Assembly: GCA_965112735.1 (NCBI GenBank)
Contig: OZ218951.1
Span: 5,456,001-5,520,000 of the forward strand
Origin: Phaeosaccion multiseriatum
Lineage: Eukaryota > Protista > Ochrophyta, other classes
DNA length: 64,000 nt
Direction: 5' to 3'
A model generated the notes under the pieces. The model worked only from the letters and a program-made list of their open reading frames with translations, was not told where the DNA came from and did no database searches. Made by a program: the position numbers and the translations under genes. Shown here piece after piece: positions 24,552-45,119 of this stretch; position 1 is the stretch's first letter, and each line of letters begins with the position of its first letter.

Positions 24552-26041
24552 ATGCAGAGGGCCCTCAGTGCCGAGGTATGGAGGAGGAGGAGGAGGAGGA
24601 GGAGGAGGAGGAGGAGGTCTTTCTGTCCACTCATTCACTCACCTCACTCACCCACCACTTCGCACTTCGCCCCCACCCACGGCTACTCTGCCCCTCCTTC
24701 TCCTTGTGGTAGGCTATCCGCCTTGGTAATGCCATTAGAGACGGTCAGAGCGTCAAAAAGGTGAAGGCGGCGGTGAGGGCCCTCGTCGCTAAGAACAGAA
24801 AAGGCTTGGACGAGCCAATCAATGAGGAAGGCTTCCCTGCTCTGCACTTGGCTGGGATTATGAGTAGGATTGACCTCGTTACTCTTTTTCTGCAGGAGGG
24901 GTCGTCGCCGAATATACTAAACCCTGCAGACGGCTCAACTGCGTTGATGACTGCTTGTTATTTCAGAGATGCGGATCTCACACTAAAGCTCCTCTCTGGT
25001 GGGGCTGAAGTCGATACACCATCGTGCGACGGAACTACGGCTCTTGGAGTGGCCTCCTCTGATGGGAATATGGCGCTAGTGCACGTGCTGCTCTCCGCCG
25101 CTGCCAGCGTGGACTTGGCTGACAATGATGGCATAACGCCTTTGCTCTTCGCCTCAGAAAATGGCCACCATGAGGTGGTTCAGCAGCTGCTATCGGCGGG
25201 CGCTGATCCCAACCATGTGGATGTCAAAAATGTTCGAGGCCACACCCCTTTGTTTGGAGCCGTATCTGAGGGGCAACACAGGGTCACGCAGCTGCTCCTC
25301 ACCTCCGGGGCAGATGCGACCAAGGCAGACAGTTCAGGATATTCTCCGCTCTTTTTGGCGAGCCAGAATGGCCAGAACATTATTGTGGAGCAGCTCATCG
25401 CAGCCGGCGCTGACCTCGAGAGAAGTAACGGTGAGGAGGGGAGAACTGCGTTGACTTCCGCATCGGCGGTGGGGCACCGAAGTACTGTGCGAAAGCTGCT
25501 GAGGGCTGGTGCGCAGGTGAATGCAATTTACCGCAACCCGTTTGGGGCGATACACTTGGCATCTATGAATGGCCACGCTCATGTCGTGGAGGAGCTCATC
25601 TCAGGTGGTGCTGACGTGCAGATGCTGACTACTCACGGGGTCAGAGGTATGGACCTGGCTGCTATGGGGGGGCATAGGGAAGTGATCCGGAAGCTAATGT
25701 CTGCGGGAGCAGACGCTAACAGTGTGGGAATTTGCTCGGCTGGGCCGCCCTTGCTTATCGCGGCACGACACGGCCAGAGCGGGGTGGCACTGGAGCTGCT
25801 CTCAGGAGGAGCCTCACTGACAAAGGCTTTGACAGCAGCACGAGTTGATGACGATGATGGTATCGATGTAGCAGCGATCGAGCTACTTCTGGCCGCGGAC
25901 AGACAGCACTTTGCGTCACAGAGCGCGTTGGACCTGATGCGGGGCACTGACCTTCTCTTTGGCAAGGAAGGGAGGCTGAAGGTGTCGCAGAGAGAGGTTA
26001 GCCCTGAGGTGCTGCAGGAGGTGGCGGAGGAGATGGCATGA
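24552..26041 (+). CDS. Ankyrin-repeat protein (exons 24552-24575, 24713-26041)
   Basis: About 10 repeats of the GxTPL..A...G...VV..LL..GAD type. The short first exon (gag|gtatgg ... tag|gct) is in frame with ORF 24761. Confidence 0.9.
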
Positions 26042-26788
26042 CAAGCCGCACCATGTCCCGTCTGAGACAGATAGAAATACGCACTCCCTCCCCGCCATCC
26101 ACACGGAGGCTCGTTTCTCTTTTTTATCTGTGATTTCTCTCTCTCTCTTTATTTGATTGAAAAATATAAATGAAGGAACGAAGTGAACGGAGTGAAGGGA
26201 GTGAAGTCCTCTTACCTCCTCTGTTGACTCTGTTGACTCTGTTGAGGCCCTCTCCTCTCCTCACTGTCTGGTATCGGGGATCGCCGGTCTCAGAGGCGAG
26301 TAGAGAGTAGAGAGCATGCGACGTGCGAACGACGGCTCCGTACTCCCCACACGCCGTCATATCAGTCAAATCAGTCCTGTCCATTGGTTCCACTTCACTC
26401 TCGATGGCTCAAACGGTGGCCCTCACACCTCCTCCTCTCCACTTCACGCTCAATCGCTCAAACGAGAGAGGGGTGGACCGTGCCCCGCCCATACGCCCTT
26501 CCTGTCAAAGCAAGCCCCCTATTGGCACACTTTCAGTTCCAGTCAAATGGTGAGTAAGACCGGATCAAGAGCATTGCCGGCCTTGTCCACTTGTACAGCT
26601 CAGTTCAATTCATAGACTTAAAATGGAGAGCAATATGTCGACACTCAGCGCCTTTGTCTCGATTATCCCTTTCATCTTTATGCTTTCCCATACTGTGTAA
26701 ACTGTAAACTTGTAAACTGTCAACTGTATTTTGTTCTGACCCATCCTTCCTTCCACTGCCATCCATTCCCGAGGGGCCCCATATTGGC

Positions 26789-34220
<7,432 letters not shown>

Positions 34221-34390
34221 GGCCTCCTCCTCTCCTCTTTTATCTTTCCCGTTGACTCCTCCCACATGAGCGAATAAGGCAACGATTTTCGGTGACGAAG
34301 CGTCAAAGCGATTATCTCAAAGCGTTCACCCTCCACTACTACGACACAGCTCAAGAATCAGACAGGAGCATCTCTATCCCGCATATCTGG

Positions 34391-35545
34391 ATGGTCATGA
34401 AGGGGCCCATGCTGCTCGCCGTGGCTCTGGCGCTGCCAAGTGGCTCAGAGGGGTTCCTCGTTCAACCAACTATGACGATGAGCATGAAACAGGCAAAGCA
34501 CCAGCCCATGGACAGAAGGAGCGCCATCGCCTCTGTCGTAAGCGGAGGCGCCGCGGTCTTGGCAGGTGTGGCCGCGGTGTCGGCGCCTCAGGTGGCCAGT
34601 GCGTACGGCAACGTGGATGATATGAAGAAGCCAAAGAAGAAGAAGGTGGAGGCTCCCCCTCCCAAGAAGGCGGCAGACGGAGAGAGAGAGGTGGGTGTGG
34701 GTGGATATCTGTGCTTCCTTCCTTCGAGACCGCTGCGGTTGCAATGTGTAGGGTTGTGAAGGTGATTTTTTTTTACCCTGAAAGGAGGGCGACAAGAAAG
34801 GGTTGGACAACGATTTCTCTCCTCCAAGACCTCGTTAATGTCGCTGCAGACCTCGTTAATGTCGCTGCATATCTTGCACGCCCCCCCTTCCTCCCTTCTT
34901 CCCCGCGCCCCACACTCTCTCTTCTTCCCCCCCCCCCTCTCCCTTCCTCCCTCTTCTCCCTCTCGGTCCCCTCCCTCTCTACACCTCTCTCTCTCTCTCA
35001 GATCTTTACGACGAAGGGAGGCGTCAAGTTCATCGTGCTGGAGGAGGGCTCTGGCGTAACTGCGCAGAGCGGCGACTACTGCGTCGGTAAGACCGTTTCC
35101 CTTCCCTTCTCTTCCCTTCCACTATCTCCCACCCCACGTCGCGTCTGGTCTTCTCTCAACCTCCTCTCCCCCACACAGTGGCACACATCCTCCCCCAAAC
35201 CCCACTTTCCCCTCCCCTAACCTCTCCCTTCATCCCTCCCCCTCCTCCATCTTCCTGACCCAAGTCGAATACACGGGGTACCTCAACAACGGCCAAGTCT
35301 TCGACGCCTCCAACGCCCCGGGGCGGAAACCCGTGGCTTTCAAACTCGGTAGCGCACAGGTCATCCCAGCGTGGGAAGAGGTGGTGCTTAACATGAAGCC
35401 AGGGGGTGAAGTGCAGATGGTGGTGCCGCCCGAAATGGGCTATGGCAAGAAGGGTGTGTGTTTGGAAGACGGAGAGTGCCTGGTGCCCCCCGGGGAGACG
35501 CTCAAATACGACCTCAAGCTCAAGAGGGCCGCCGTTCCTCCTTGA
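34391..35545 (+). CDS. FKBP-type peptidyl-prolyl isomerase, probably in the thylakoid lumen (exons ~34391-34690, 35002-35086, 35264-35545)
   Basis: FKBP motifs VEYTGYLNNGQVFDAS, FKLGSAQVIPAWEE, VPPEMGYG, VPPGETLKYDLKL. Tripartite leader: signal peptide ending SEG-F, transit peptide, then twin-Arg DRRSA + hydrophobic stretch + ASA. Confidence 0.9.
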
Positions 35546-35556
35546 TGAGAGAGAGG

Positions 35557-35760
35557 GGTGTCAGGACTCAAGGGAGAGGGGAGATGAGGGGTGTCAGGAC
35601 AGAGGGAGGGAGGAGGTGGGTGTCAGGACACAGAGGGGACGGAGGTGGTGGGTGTCAGGACACAGAGGGGACGGAGGTGGTGGGTGTCAGGACACAGAGG
35701 GGACGGAGGTGGTGGGTGTCAGGACACAGAGGGGACGGAGGTGGTGGGTGTCAGGACAGT
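35557..35760. repeat. ~31-bp minisatellite with TGTCAGGACA core in the FKBP 3' region
   Basis: ggtgtcaggacacagaggggacggaggtggtg repeated ~4-5 times. Confidence 0.9.
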
Positions 35761-35850
35761 GCCCCCGGCGAGACTTTTTTTTTTAGAGTTAAGTATGGCC
35801 TGATTGGGCGTCAGGACCCAAGGGAGGGGGGGACGGTCGGTTGTCAGGAG

Positions 35851-35888
<38 letters not shown>

Positions 35889-36406
35889 GTTTGGTTGGCA
35901 CTCTCTCAGTAGCTCAGCAGCCGTGTTTGCGGTCTTATTTCAAAGCGGGGCTTGGGTGTGTTCGAAGGGAAAGAGAGCTGCGAGAGAGAGAGAGACACAC
36001 ACACCACACCCGAGAGTAGACTAGACTAGAGTAGAGTAGAGTATATAGACTTTGTGTGTTGGCGTGTCATGTACGTACCCCGTACTTCGCAGCATTGCCC
36101 CGCCGTCTCACTTACCGAGGGCAGGCAAAGCAGTGAGGTAGAGGCGTATGGTCAAGGCTCAAACGTAGAGAGAGGCGTGTGGGGAGAGGGACAGAGAGAG
36201 AGAGAGAGAGAGAGAGGAGGGCCGCAGGCGGACGAACGGGTTAGTCTACTTACTGCCCCCTTTTATCATTTTCATTATTTACAAAGCATATAATTTCATT
36301 TCCAGGAGCGAACGCATAAACACACCACACACCTCAACATTCGACATTCTTTTCGAGGGTTGGAATCGGACGATGCTCCCGACTTGATTGTATGATGATG
36401 ACGACG

Positions 36407-36437
<31 letters not shown>

Positions 36438-36829
36438 TGATAATGATCATCATGATGAAAAGGGCGGTACAGCCAAGGAGCAGCGGAACTTCTTTACGGC
36501 ATTCGGCGGTACAGTTGGCGACAGTAGTACGTACAGCACTTGGTGATACAGCAAGACTTGTGGAGCCTCTCCTCTCCTCCCTCCGCGCTCTCTCCCTCTC
36601 TCTCCTCCTGGCCTCTAACCGTCTTACTGTGATGATGGACCCCTACTGTATGCCTACTGTATGTTTATATTGGGCCTATTGGGCCCCAAGCAAGGACAAC
36701 AAGTCAAGTCACCTCAACGCTTCGGTCGAAGTCTTAACGCTGCCGCTGCTCCTGTCACACCCCATAACTGCCGTAACCGTGGTACCCTATCCAACCCACG
36801 TACGCACCCAGCCTTCCTACCTTCCTACC

Positions 36830-37029
36830 CTACCCTACCCTCGTAACTACTACACGGTCACGCCTGCACCTGTACTTGCACACTCCCCCCCCCCCCTTCT
36901 CCGCCTCGGCGTCGCTCTCCCTGTCCCTCCTTTGCCGCTCCTCTTCCAGCGACTCCTTTCCCCTTAGCTCAAGCACGCTCATCACCCCGGCCACCGCACC
37001 CTTCCCCACCCACAGCGGCAGACTGCGAC

Positions 37030-37105
<76 letters not shown>

Positions 37106-40100
37106 TTTGTGTGTGTGTATGTGTGTGTTTGTTTGTGTGTGTGCGTGTGTTTGTGTGTGTATGTGTGTGTGTGTTTGTGTGTGTGTTAGTGTGTGTGTGT
37201 ATGTGTGTGTGAAGGGAGGAGGGGGTGTCAAAGAGGGGCGTGAGCGTCTTTGTTTTGCTTCGATTTACAGGGCGGTACATGTAGGGGGGTTTGCATTCGT
37301 CACCAATCCCAAGCAAATCCCGCTCTTGTTGCACACACACAAGACACACACACGCACACGCACACGCACACACACACACTCACTAACCTTCTTGGACGCA
37401 AGCACGGCACTCGCCACTGCACTGCCCAGGCTCGCCGCCAGTAGGAACGTGCTGAGCGTGTTGGCGATATCCGTGACGCCAGTTGTGATGAGGTGTCTGT
37501 CGAGGGCCTCGGAGGTGGCCCTACCGTAGGCAATGGCGCTGGAGGCGGTGAAGGCCACGGCGTAGACTCGCTGTAGGAGGGACAGCTCAATCGGCTGGTC
37601 GGGGGGGGGGTTGTAATCCACCCATTCCTGTGAGTCAGGGCAGGGGGCAGGAAGGTGTGGGGGTGGGTGGGAGGGGGGTGGGATGTTTAGGAACTAACTA
37701 CGTAATTGTGCATGTATGTCTTTACACGAGAGGGGAGGGGAGGGGAGGGGAGGGAGGTTCTTCCAAACACCCTTGGCACTTGCTTGAGGCCAACGCCCTG
37801 CAAGCGGGCATACGCACACACCCACGCACGCGCGCACACACACACACACGCACACGCACACACACGCACACGCACACACACGAAACCCACACGCACTCAC
37901 ACACACGCACACACCCGGTGCAACTGCTGTATCATCAACTGCTGCACTGACTCACGCACTGTATCACCAATTGGTGTATCAACCACTCAGTCGGGGCACC
38001 ATCCAACTGCTGAAACAGCACTCACCGGCTGAACGACCCTGTCCTGCCCCTCGGGCACGTACGAAGCAGGCACCTCCCACACGCCCCTCTCGCGAGGGGA
38101 GCTTGACCCCGTCCCGCTGTTCTGGCTCAGACCCACGCTGGCGACCCTCGAAGCACCACCACCAATACTACTACTTCTGCTCCCCACCGTAGGAGTGCCT
38201 GTCTTGCTAAGCTGATTGAGGTCGAACTGCCGTGCCTTCTTCCCACTCATGAGCTTCGTGTTGTCGAACTTGTTGGTGGTGATGGAGGCGGTAGCGCGGA
38301 TGCGGTCCTGCATCTTGGCCACCGCGAGCTTCTTCTTGCCGCTGTCTTCCATCTGTGATTGGGCCTTGAGTAGGGCTGCTTGGGCCTCCATGGGGTCGGA
38401 GGAGGAAGAGGAAGCCTCCTCCACCTTTTTGCTGTTTTTGTTGGCAATCTCGAGCTGGAGGAGTGAGGTGACAATGTGTTGGTGGGTGTTGGTGATGGTG
38501 TGTTAGGGCGGGGGAGAAAGAGACAACGCAAGACAAGTGGGTGAGGAGGGACAAGAAGAAGCAAAGCAGGGCCACCATGTATCACCAACTGCTGAGTGGA
38601 GCCGACTCTGCCCTCCTGCCATGCCATGATCCACTTGACTCAGTCACTCGCCCACACACACACACAGATCCACCCACCTCACTCACTCACTCACTCATTC
38701 ACTCACCTCACTCACTCACTCACTCACCCACCTCACTCACTCACTCACTCACTCACCCACCTCTCACTCACTCACCCACCCACCCCATCACCCGCCCACT
38801 CATCCACCCACCTCACTCACCCACTCAATCAATCACTCCCTTTCTCCCTCCCTCCCTCCCTCCCTCCCTCCCTCACTCACTCACTCACTCACTCACTCAC
38901 TCACTCACTCATTCACCCTCTCCCCCTCTCACTTACCTCCTCCGCCTCTGCCTCAGCCTTAAGCCTGGCATACCTGGCTGCCACTCGGTCATCTATAGAA
39001 CCCCCTAGCGCCAAATAGCCCGTCTTCTGTTCAGGCTCCTTGTTCAAACCGAGCTCGCCTGGCTGTTGGGGACAAAGCAGTGGGTGGGGGGAGGGGGAAA
39101 GGGTGTCAGGACAGAGCAGGAAAGGGTGGGGGGGGGGTGTCAAGGCAAAGGGCTGAGACAGAGGGGTGTCAGGACAGGGGTTACGACCCATACCGAGTTA
39201 GCAGAGCTGTTAGGGATGGCAATAGACGGCGGCGGGGTGGGAGGAAGGGCGGGGTATACGCGCAAGCAGGAGGGGCGTGAGGGGTGAGGGAGGGGGAAGG
39301 TTGGTCGGCAGCATCGGTCTTCGTCTGTCTCTAGCTTGCCCTCCCACGGCTGTTCCTCGCACACTCACAACATAGAGTTTCCTCTCCTCGAACACTTGCT
39401 CCACGAGCTCCACTCCAAGGCGCTCAGACACAGCGTGGTAGCCCCCCTGGGGTTGGTTTGAGTTTGAGTTTGAGAGGGAGGAGGAGGGGTGAGTAAGGCG
39501 GAGGAGCAGGACGGGCAGCGCCCGCTCCCCTGACGCATGCACACGTGTAGGATAGAGAGAAAGAGAGATGGAGAGAGAGGGAAAGACAGAGAGAGACACA
39601 CACAGATCGGAGAGAGCGGGGCAGGGAGCGATGGAGGGAACAGAGAGCGCGAGGAGAGAGCGAGGGAGAGAAGAGGGAAGAGAGGGGCGAAAGAGAGAGC
39701 GAGAGCAAAGGAGAACAGAGAGGCCAGGGAGAGACAGAGAAGAGACAGAGAAAGGAGGGAGAGGGAGAGAGGACCGAGCAGCGAGCGAGAGAGGGTAGAG
39801 AGGGGAGAGAAGAGCGAGGGATAGACAGAGAGAGCGAGAGACGCACAAGAGGACCGAGCATCCACTCACTCACTCACTCACTCACTCACTCCCATCTCTC
39901 TTTCTCTCTCTCGCCTTCTCTGTCACTCACTCACTCTCGCACACACACACACACACTCTCTCTCTCTCTCAGCCACTCACGTGTTTGTAGACCATGGAGC
40001 TGACGAGGTAGTCGTACCCGTAACGGCCAAGCTCAGTGTAGGCCATGACGTCAGGCTCACTGACATACTTGCCGCCCAGCCCCCCCGGGTCTCGCGGGTC

Positions 40101-40990
40101 TTCGGGTTCACCAGGGCCGCCCATCTGAGGGAAGGGGTTGAAGTAATCTCCCCAGGAGTTGGAGTCACGGGCTGGGTGGGTTGTAGGTGGGTTGGTGGGT
40201 GGGTGGGTTGGTGGGTTTGTGGTTGGGTGTGTGGGTGGTGTGTGGGTGGGTGGGTGCGGGTGGGTGTGTGGGTGGGCGGGTGAGTGTGGGTGGGTGGGTG
40301 GGTTGGTGGGTGGATGCGTGGTTGAAGAAGGGGTAGGAGGGGCAGGGGCGGGAGGAGAGGCAGGAGGGGCAGGAGGGGCAGGAGGACGGTCCGGAGGAGT
40401 GGGGATGTGAATGGGGTGAGCGAGTGGGATAGAATGGAGTTGCGTGGAAACCCTCTCGTTGTCGCCCACCCTACCACTACCTACCCTGCCTCCCCTCCCT
40501 TCCCTACTTGCGTTGCTGTAAGTGCCTTGATGCACCCTAGCCCCTCGCCCCCTCCTCGCTCATCCAGCCCACCTGTGCGGGCCTTCTCCTCCGCCTCTGA
40601 AATGGGATTCTCCTCCCTCTCCTTGAGGTAGCACCGCGCCTCTGCCTCGAAGATGCTCCAATCGTCAAAGTAGCGCGTGCTTTTCTTCGCGTTCGGCCCT
40701 CCTCTCCGCTTTGGAAAAGATGGTGAAGAAGCCATCATCATTGCTGTCGTTGTTGTTGTTCGTGCTCGCCGCAGGCTTCTCCCTCTGCTGCTGCTCCTGC
40801 TGCTGCAACACTGGCTTCTGCCGTCGCTGAAGGTGAAGCGATGGGAGGACAAACATCCTGCGCTGCTGAAGGCAGATGACAGATGCGCCAGCCGGAGAGA
40901 GGGCCATATGGCCGACAGCAGAAGCAGCGAGCAGCAGCAGCGGGTGATGTTAGTGAGCTGCCGTAGCCTCGACGGCGCGAGGCATCTCAT
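36830..40990 (-). CDS. Probable plastid-targeted protein with C-terminal transmembrane helices, 7 exons
   Basis: Signal-like CCCSLLLLSAIW...SSA-FSS. Phase-consistent exons at approximately 40990-40573, 40171-39981, 39446-39369, 39063-38937, 38455-38188, 37627-37389 and 37030-36830. Hydrophobic segments VYAVAFTASSAIAYG, TFLLAASLGSAVASAVLA, LWVGKGAVAGVMSVLEL. Confidence 0.7.
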
Positions 40991-41649
40991 CCTCCGTCCT
41001 CGATGTTGGCGCCAAGGGATGTTCCGTACGGAAGGACACTAGAGCCGTCTGTTGGTACCAGTGTTGATAGATGTTTAGAAGAAGAGGAGTAGAGAGAGAG
41101 AGAGGGAAGGAGAGAGAGGGGGGGGGGGGGGAGGTGTAGAGATCGTGTAGAGCAATACCTTGCGAGTTTTGGTGTCGAGCTTCTCGACTTTTTCGAGTGG
41201 TACGTATCGTAGCCATTGATCGTAGCGCTCTTTGTGTGTTTAAGGCACTCAGGACAAGGCAGAGTCCCTCATAGCTGGGACGTGCCATCTTCTCGGTGCC
41301 TCTACACAGAGGCGTATACCCAGGTAGAGGTGTAGTTTACTTTCGATTGGAAAGCAGATCGAGCGCAAATCCAAAGGGAGCGAGGCCTTTTCCTTTTCCT
41401 TTGGGGCCTTGTACTTCGTTGTACTCAAGAGAGCTCCACCATCCGGAGGAGCAGCGCAGCGTGAAGAGTCGGTAGTCCTCGTTATCCCCTGAGTGTGGAG
41501 GAGGGTGGAGGGGAACCAGGGGCGCGAAGGGAGGACAGGAGGTCTCCGGACCGCCGCCAGAAGGGGGGGGGAGTGGCCCGTGGCCACTGGGAGCCACCCG
41601 GGCTACAGCGCTGGATACTGGGCTGTACGAGGCTCAACAACAGGCTACT

Positions 41650-44492
41650 ATGACGGACGTCGCCCATGAGAAGACCGAACCCGAGGCCAAGCCGCCGCAG
41701 CCAAAGAAGAAGGCACCCCCTAGCAAAGGGGCTTGGGAGAGGCCATCAGCCTCCGTCACGCAGCCCCCGCCGCCCACACTGAAGCAGCAGCAGCAGCAGC
41801 AACAACAGCAGCAGCAGCAACAACAGAAGCAACGGCAGGAAAAGGAGAGGCAGCAGAAGGGTGGTCAGCAGAAGCAGCGCCACCAATCATCACCCACGTC
41901 ATCCACGGCAGGAGCGGCGGGGGCGACAAAGGAGAGAGGAGCAGACGCCGCGGGAGCTTCATTGCCGCCCATGCCCAACGGGTCTGCAGGGGATGGTGGT
42001 GACGGAGAAGGAGTGCGCTACATGCTGGTGGAGGCCGAGCCCGAGTACGAGCAAAAGAAGAAAGCGAGCAAGGCCTGGCAGGACAAGGGGCGAGGGGGAG
42101 GGGGGGGGGGGGGGTTCCAGGGAGGGCGCGGGGGGGGGAGGGGAGGGATGAGGGGGAGAGATCACGGAGGAAGTGGCGGAGGCAGTAATCACCACAATCA
42201 ACAACAGCAGCAGCAGCAGTACAACAACCACAGGCAGGACTTTAGGCCTGCAGGAGGAGGCGGAGGGGGGAGGGGGGGAGGGGGCGGGTACCGAGCTCCG
42301 TATGGCACCCAGTTTTACGGAGCGCCCGCCTACCCAGAGGCCAACAAGAAGTGGGCCACCGACATGGCTGTGCAACAGGTGAGTGAGTGAGTGCGTGCGT
42401 GAGTGAGTACGCAAATGAGTGAGTGTCAGGACAGGGAGTGAGTAAGTGCCAGGACAGTGAGTGAGTGAGTGAGTGAGTAAGTGTCAAGACAGTGAGTAAG
42501 TTAAGTGTCAGGACAGGGAGTGAGTGAGTAAGCGAGTGAGTATGTGAGTATGTGAGTGAGCGAGTAAGCGAGTGAGTAAGTGAGTATGTGAGTGTCAGGA
42601 CAGGGAGTAAGCAAGTGAGTACATGTAAGTGAGTGAGTTAGGGGGTGAGTAAGTGAGTGTCAGAACAGAGAGTGAGTGAGTAAGTGAGTGTCAGGACAGA
42701 GAGTGAGTGAGTAAGCGAGTGAGTAAGTGAGTATGTGAGTGTCAGGACAGGGAGTAAGCAAGTGAGTACATGTAAGTGAGTGAGTTAGGGAGTGATTGAC
42801 GGCGGGGTTCCAGTGTCATTCAATCTCCTTTCTCCTTCCCCTTCTCTTCCCGGCCTGTCACTTGCTCACCCCCTCCCTTTGCTTTCTCTCTCCGCCCCTA
42901 CCTCCCTCCGCCCCTCACTCCCTCTCTCCCTCCCTGCCTGCCTGCCTGCCTCCCTCCACCCCTCCCTCCCCCCCTCCCTCGCTTCCTCCCTCCCTCCCTC
43001 TCTCCCTCTCTTCCTACCCGCCTCCTCCCCCTCTTTCCTCCATTCCTCCCTCCCCCCCTCAAGATAACGTACTACTTCTCGGTGGAGAACTTGTGCCGTG
43101 ACACGTTTATGCGCTCTTACTTTGACGTGGAGGGGCACATTCCCATTGCCTTCGTCGCCAACTTCCCCAACGTCGCCTGTTACGGCGTTAACTACGACGA
43201 CATTGTGCAAGGTGAGGCGGGAGGGCAGGGTAAGCAGCAGCAGCTGTGGAGGGGAGGACAAGAGGAGGAGGGAAGTCCTCTCTCTCTATTATCTGTCTCT
43301 CTCTATCTCGCTGTTTCTGTGTATGTCTCTCTCCCTCACATTGGTGTGCCCTCTCGCTTCTCTCCCACTCCACCCCCTTCCCTCCTCTCTCTCTCCCACT
43401 CCACCCCCTTCCCTCCTCTCTCTCTCGACTCAACGACACCTTCTCACGTACTTGTCTTTCGTACCCCCTTTGTGATTCAATCCCTCCCTCTCACCCCCTC
43501 CCTCCCCATAGGGTCCTTCTCTCCCTCCCTCCCTCCCTCACTCCCTTCCTCCCTCCCTCACTCCCTTCCTCCCCATAGGCTCCTTCTCTCCTTCCCTTCC
43601 TCCCTCCCTCCCTCACTCACTCACTCCCTTCCTCACTCACTCACCCACTCACTCCCTCACCTCCCTTCCTCCCTCTCTCATCCCTGGCGTGTGCCTTGCT
43701 TTCCTTCCGCCTATTGGACCGTCGGTTGCATCGCCCAATTGCTGACTTATGGCTCTATCGCTGACTTACTGCACTACCGCAGGCCTCATCGAGTCTGGGA
43801 CGTTGGATGTGGATGTGGAGAATGAGACGATGCGAATGAAGACAGGTTGGGAGGTGTGGCTGCTACCCAACCACGAGGGGGGTCGTGGCGTGCCGCGCTA
43901 CATCAAACTTCCCCCCGAAGATACCCCTGTGGCTGAGGAAGGAGAGGCAGATGGAGGGGACAAGGATGGGGAGGGAGGAAAGGGGGAGAGCAGCAGCAGT
44001 GGCAAACTGGATGCCGCGGCAGGTGGTGAGGTGTCGGAAGGAGCAGCAGCAGCAGGAGCAGCGGCAGGAGCACTAGAAGCGTCAGCAGCAGAGGTAGGAG
44101 GAGGAGGAGGAGGAGGAGGAGGAGGAGGCGACAAGCATGAGCCAGAGGAAGAAGTGGCAGCAGCTGTGGGCTCCCTCAATATTGAGGCGAAGACACCAGG
44201 TACCGAGGAGGATGGAGGCGAAACCTTGGGGGCGGCTCCGACGGCGGATGCAGCGTCTCCCACTCTCAATCCCGACGCGGGTGAGTTTGTTACACCACCC
44301 GCCCCCTCCTCCTCCTCCTCCTCCTCTACGGCACCGGCCGATGGAGAGGGCAAGAGCGCAGTTTTGGATCATGTCGAAGCAGCGGCCGGGACAGAGACCG
44401 AGAAGGAGGGAGGGAAAGGGATGAAGGCGGCAGATGATAAGCCCGCTGCGGTCGATGCTGCGGTCTCTGTGGCTATGAACGGCAAGGAGTAG
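41650..44492 (+). CDS. La-motif RNA-binding protein (LARP) with RGG region and PAM2-like motif (exons 41650-42378, 43064-43211, 43783-44492)
   Basis: La motif QQITYYFSVENLCRDTFMRSYFDVEGHIPIAFVANFPNV, RGG repeats, and TLNPDAGEFVTP resembling PAM2 (LNPxAxEFVP). Confidence 0.88.
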
Positions 44493-45088
44493 TGCGGGGA
44501 GGGAAGGGTGTGTCGTGGTGGTGTGGTGTGTGGTGATAATCTCTGCGGTCTGAAGGCGTGTGGAGGGTCTGAAGGGAAGAGCGAACAAGAGAGAGAGAGA
44601 GAGGGGGGGGGGTGTTTGTCTTCCTCTCCCCCCCCCATGATCGGTGCAGCAAGAAGCGGTAATGGGAGTGAAGTTCCGTGCGCAAATGATATGTGGGGAG
44701 GGAAGCGGGGAAGCAGCGTAGTAGCAGGAGCAGACAAAGGGACGGAGGAAGGGGAGTAGGTTAGAGCAGGGGGAGGAGAAAGAAAGGTATATATTGCGTT
44801 CGTGGATAATGCGCTTTTGAAGTAGGCAGTGACTGAAGAAGAGGAGTGTGGGGGGGGGGGGGGGGAGGAAGCAAGCGAGCGAACGAACGAACAAACGGAC
44901 AAGAGAGGAATGAATGGCAGCGGATGCATGGATGGCAGTGGATGGCGGATGACGGAATGACGAGGTACGCAAGCAAGGCCTTTCGGGCATGCATCACGAG
45001 CGTTGTTTGAAGTAAGGTCGGGTATGGAACCGCATCACAGTTTAGTGTCTTTGTTCGTTGGCGGGTTGGTTGGTTTGCTGGGGGGTCG

Positions 45089-45119
<31 letters not shown>

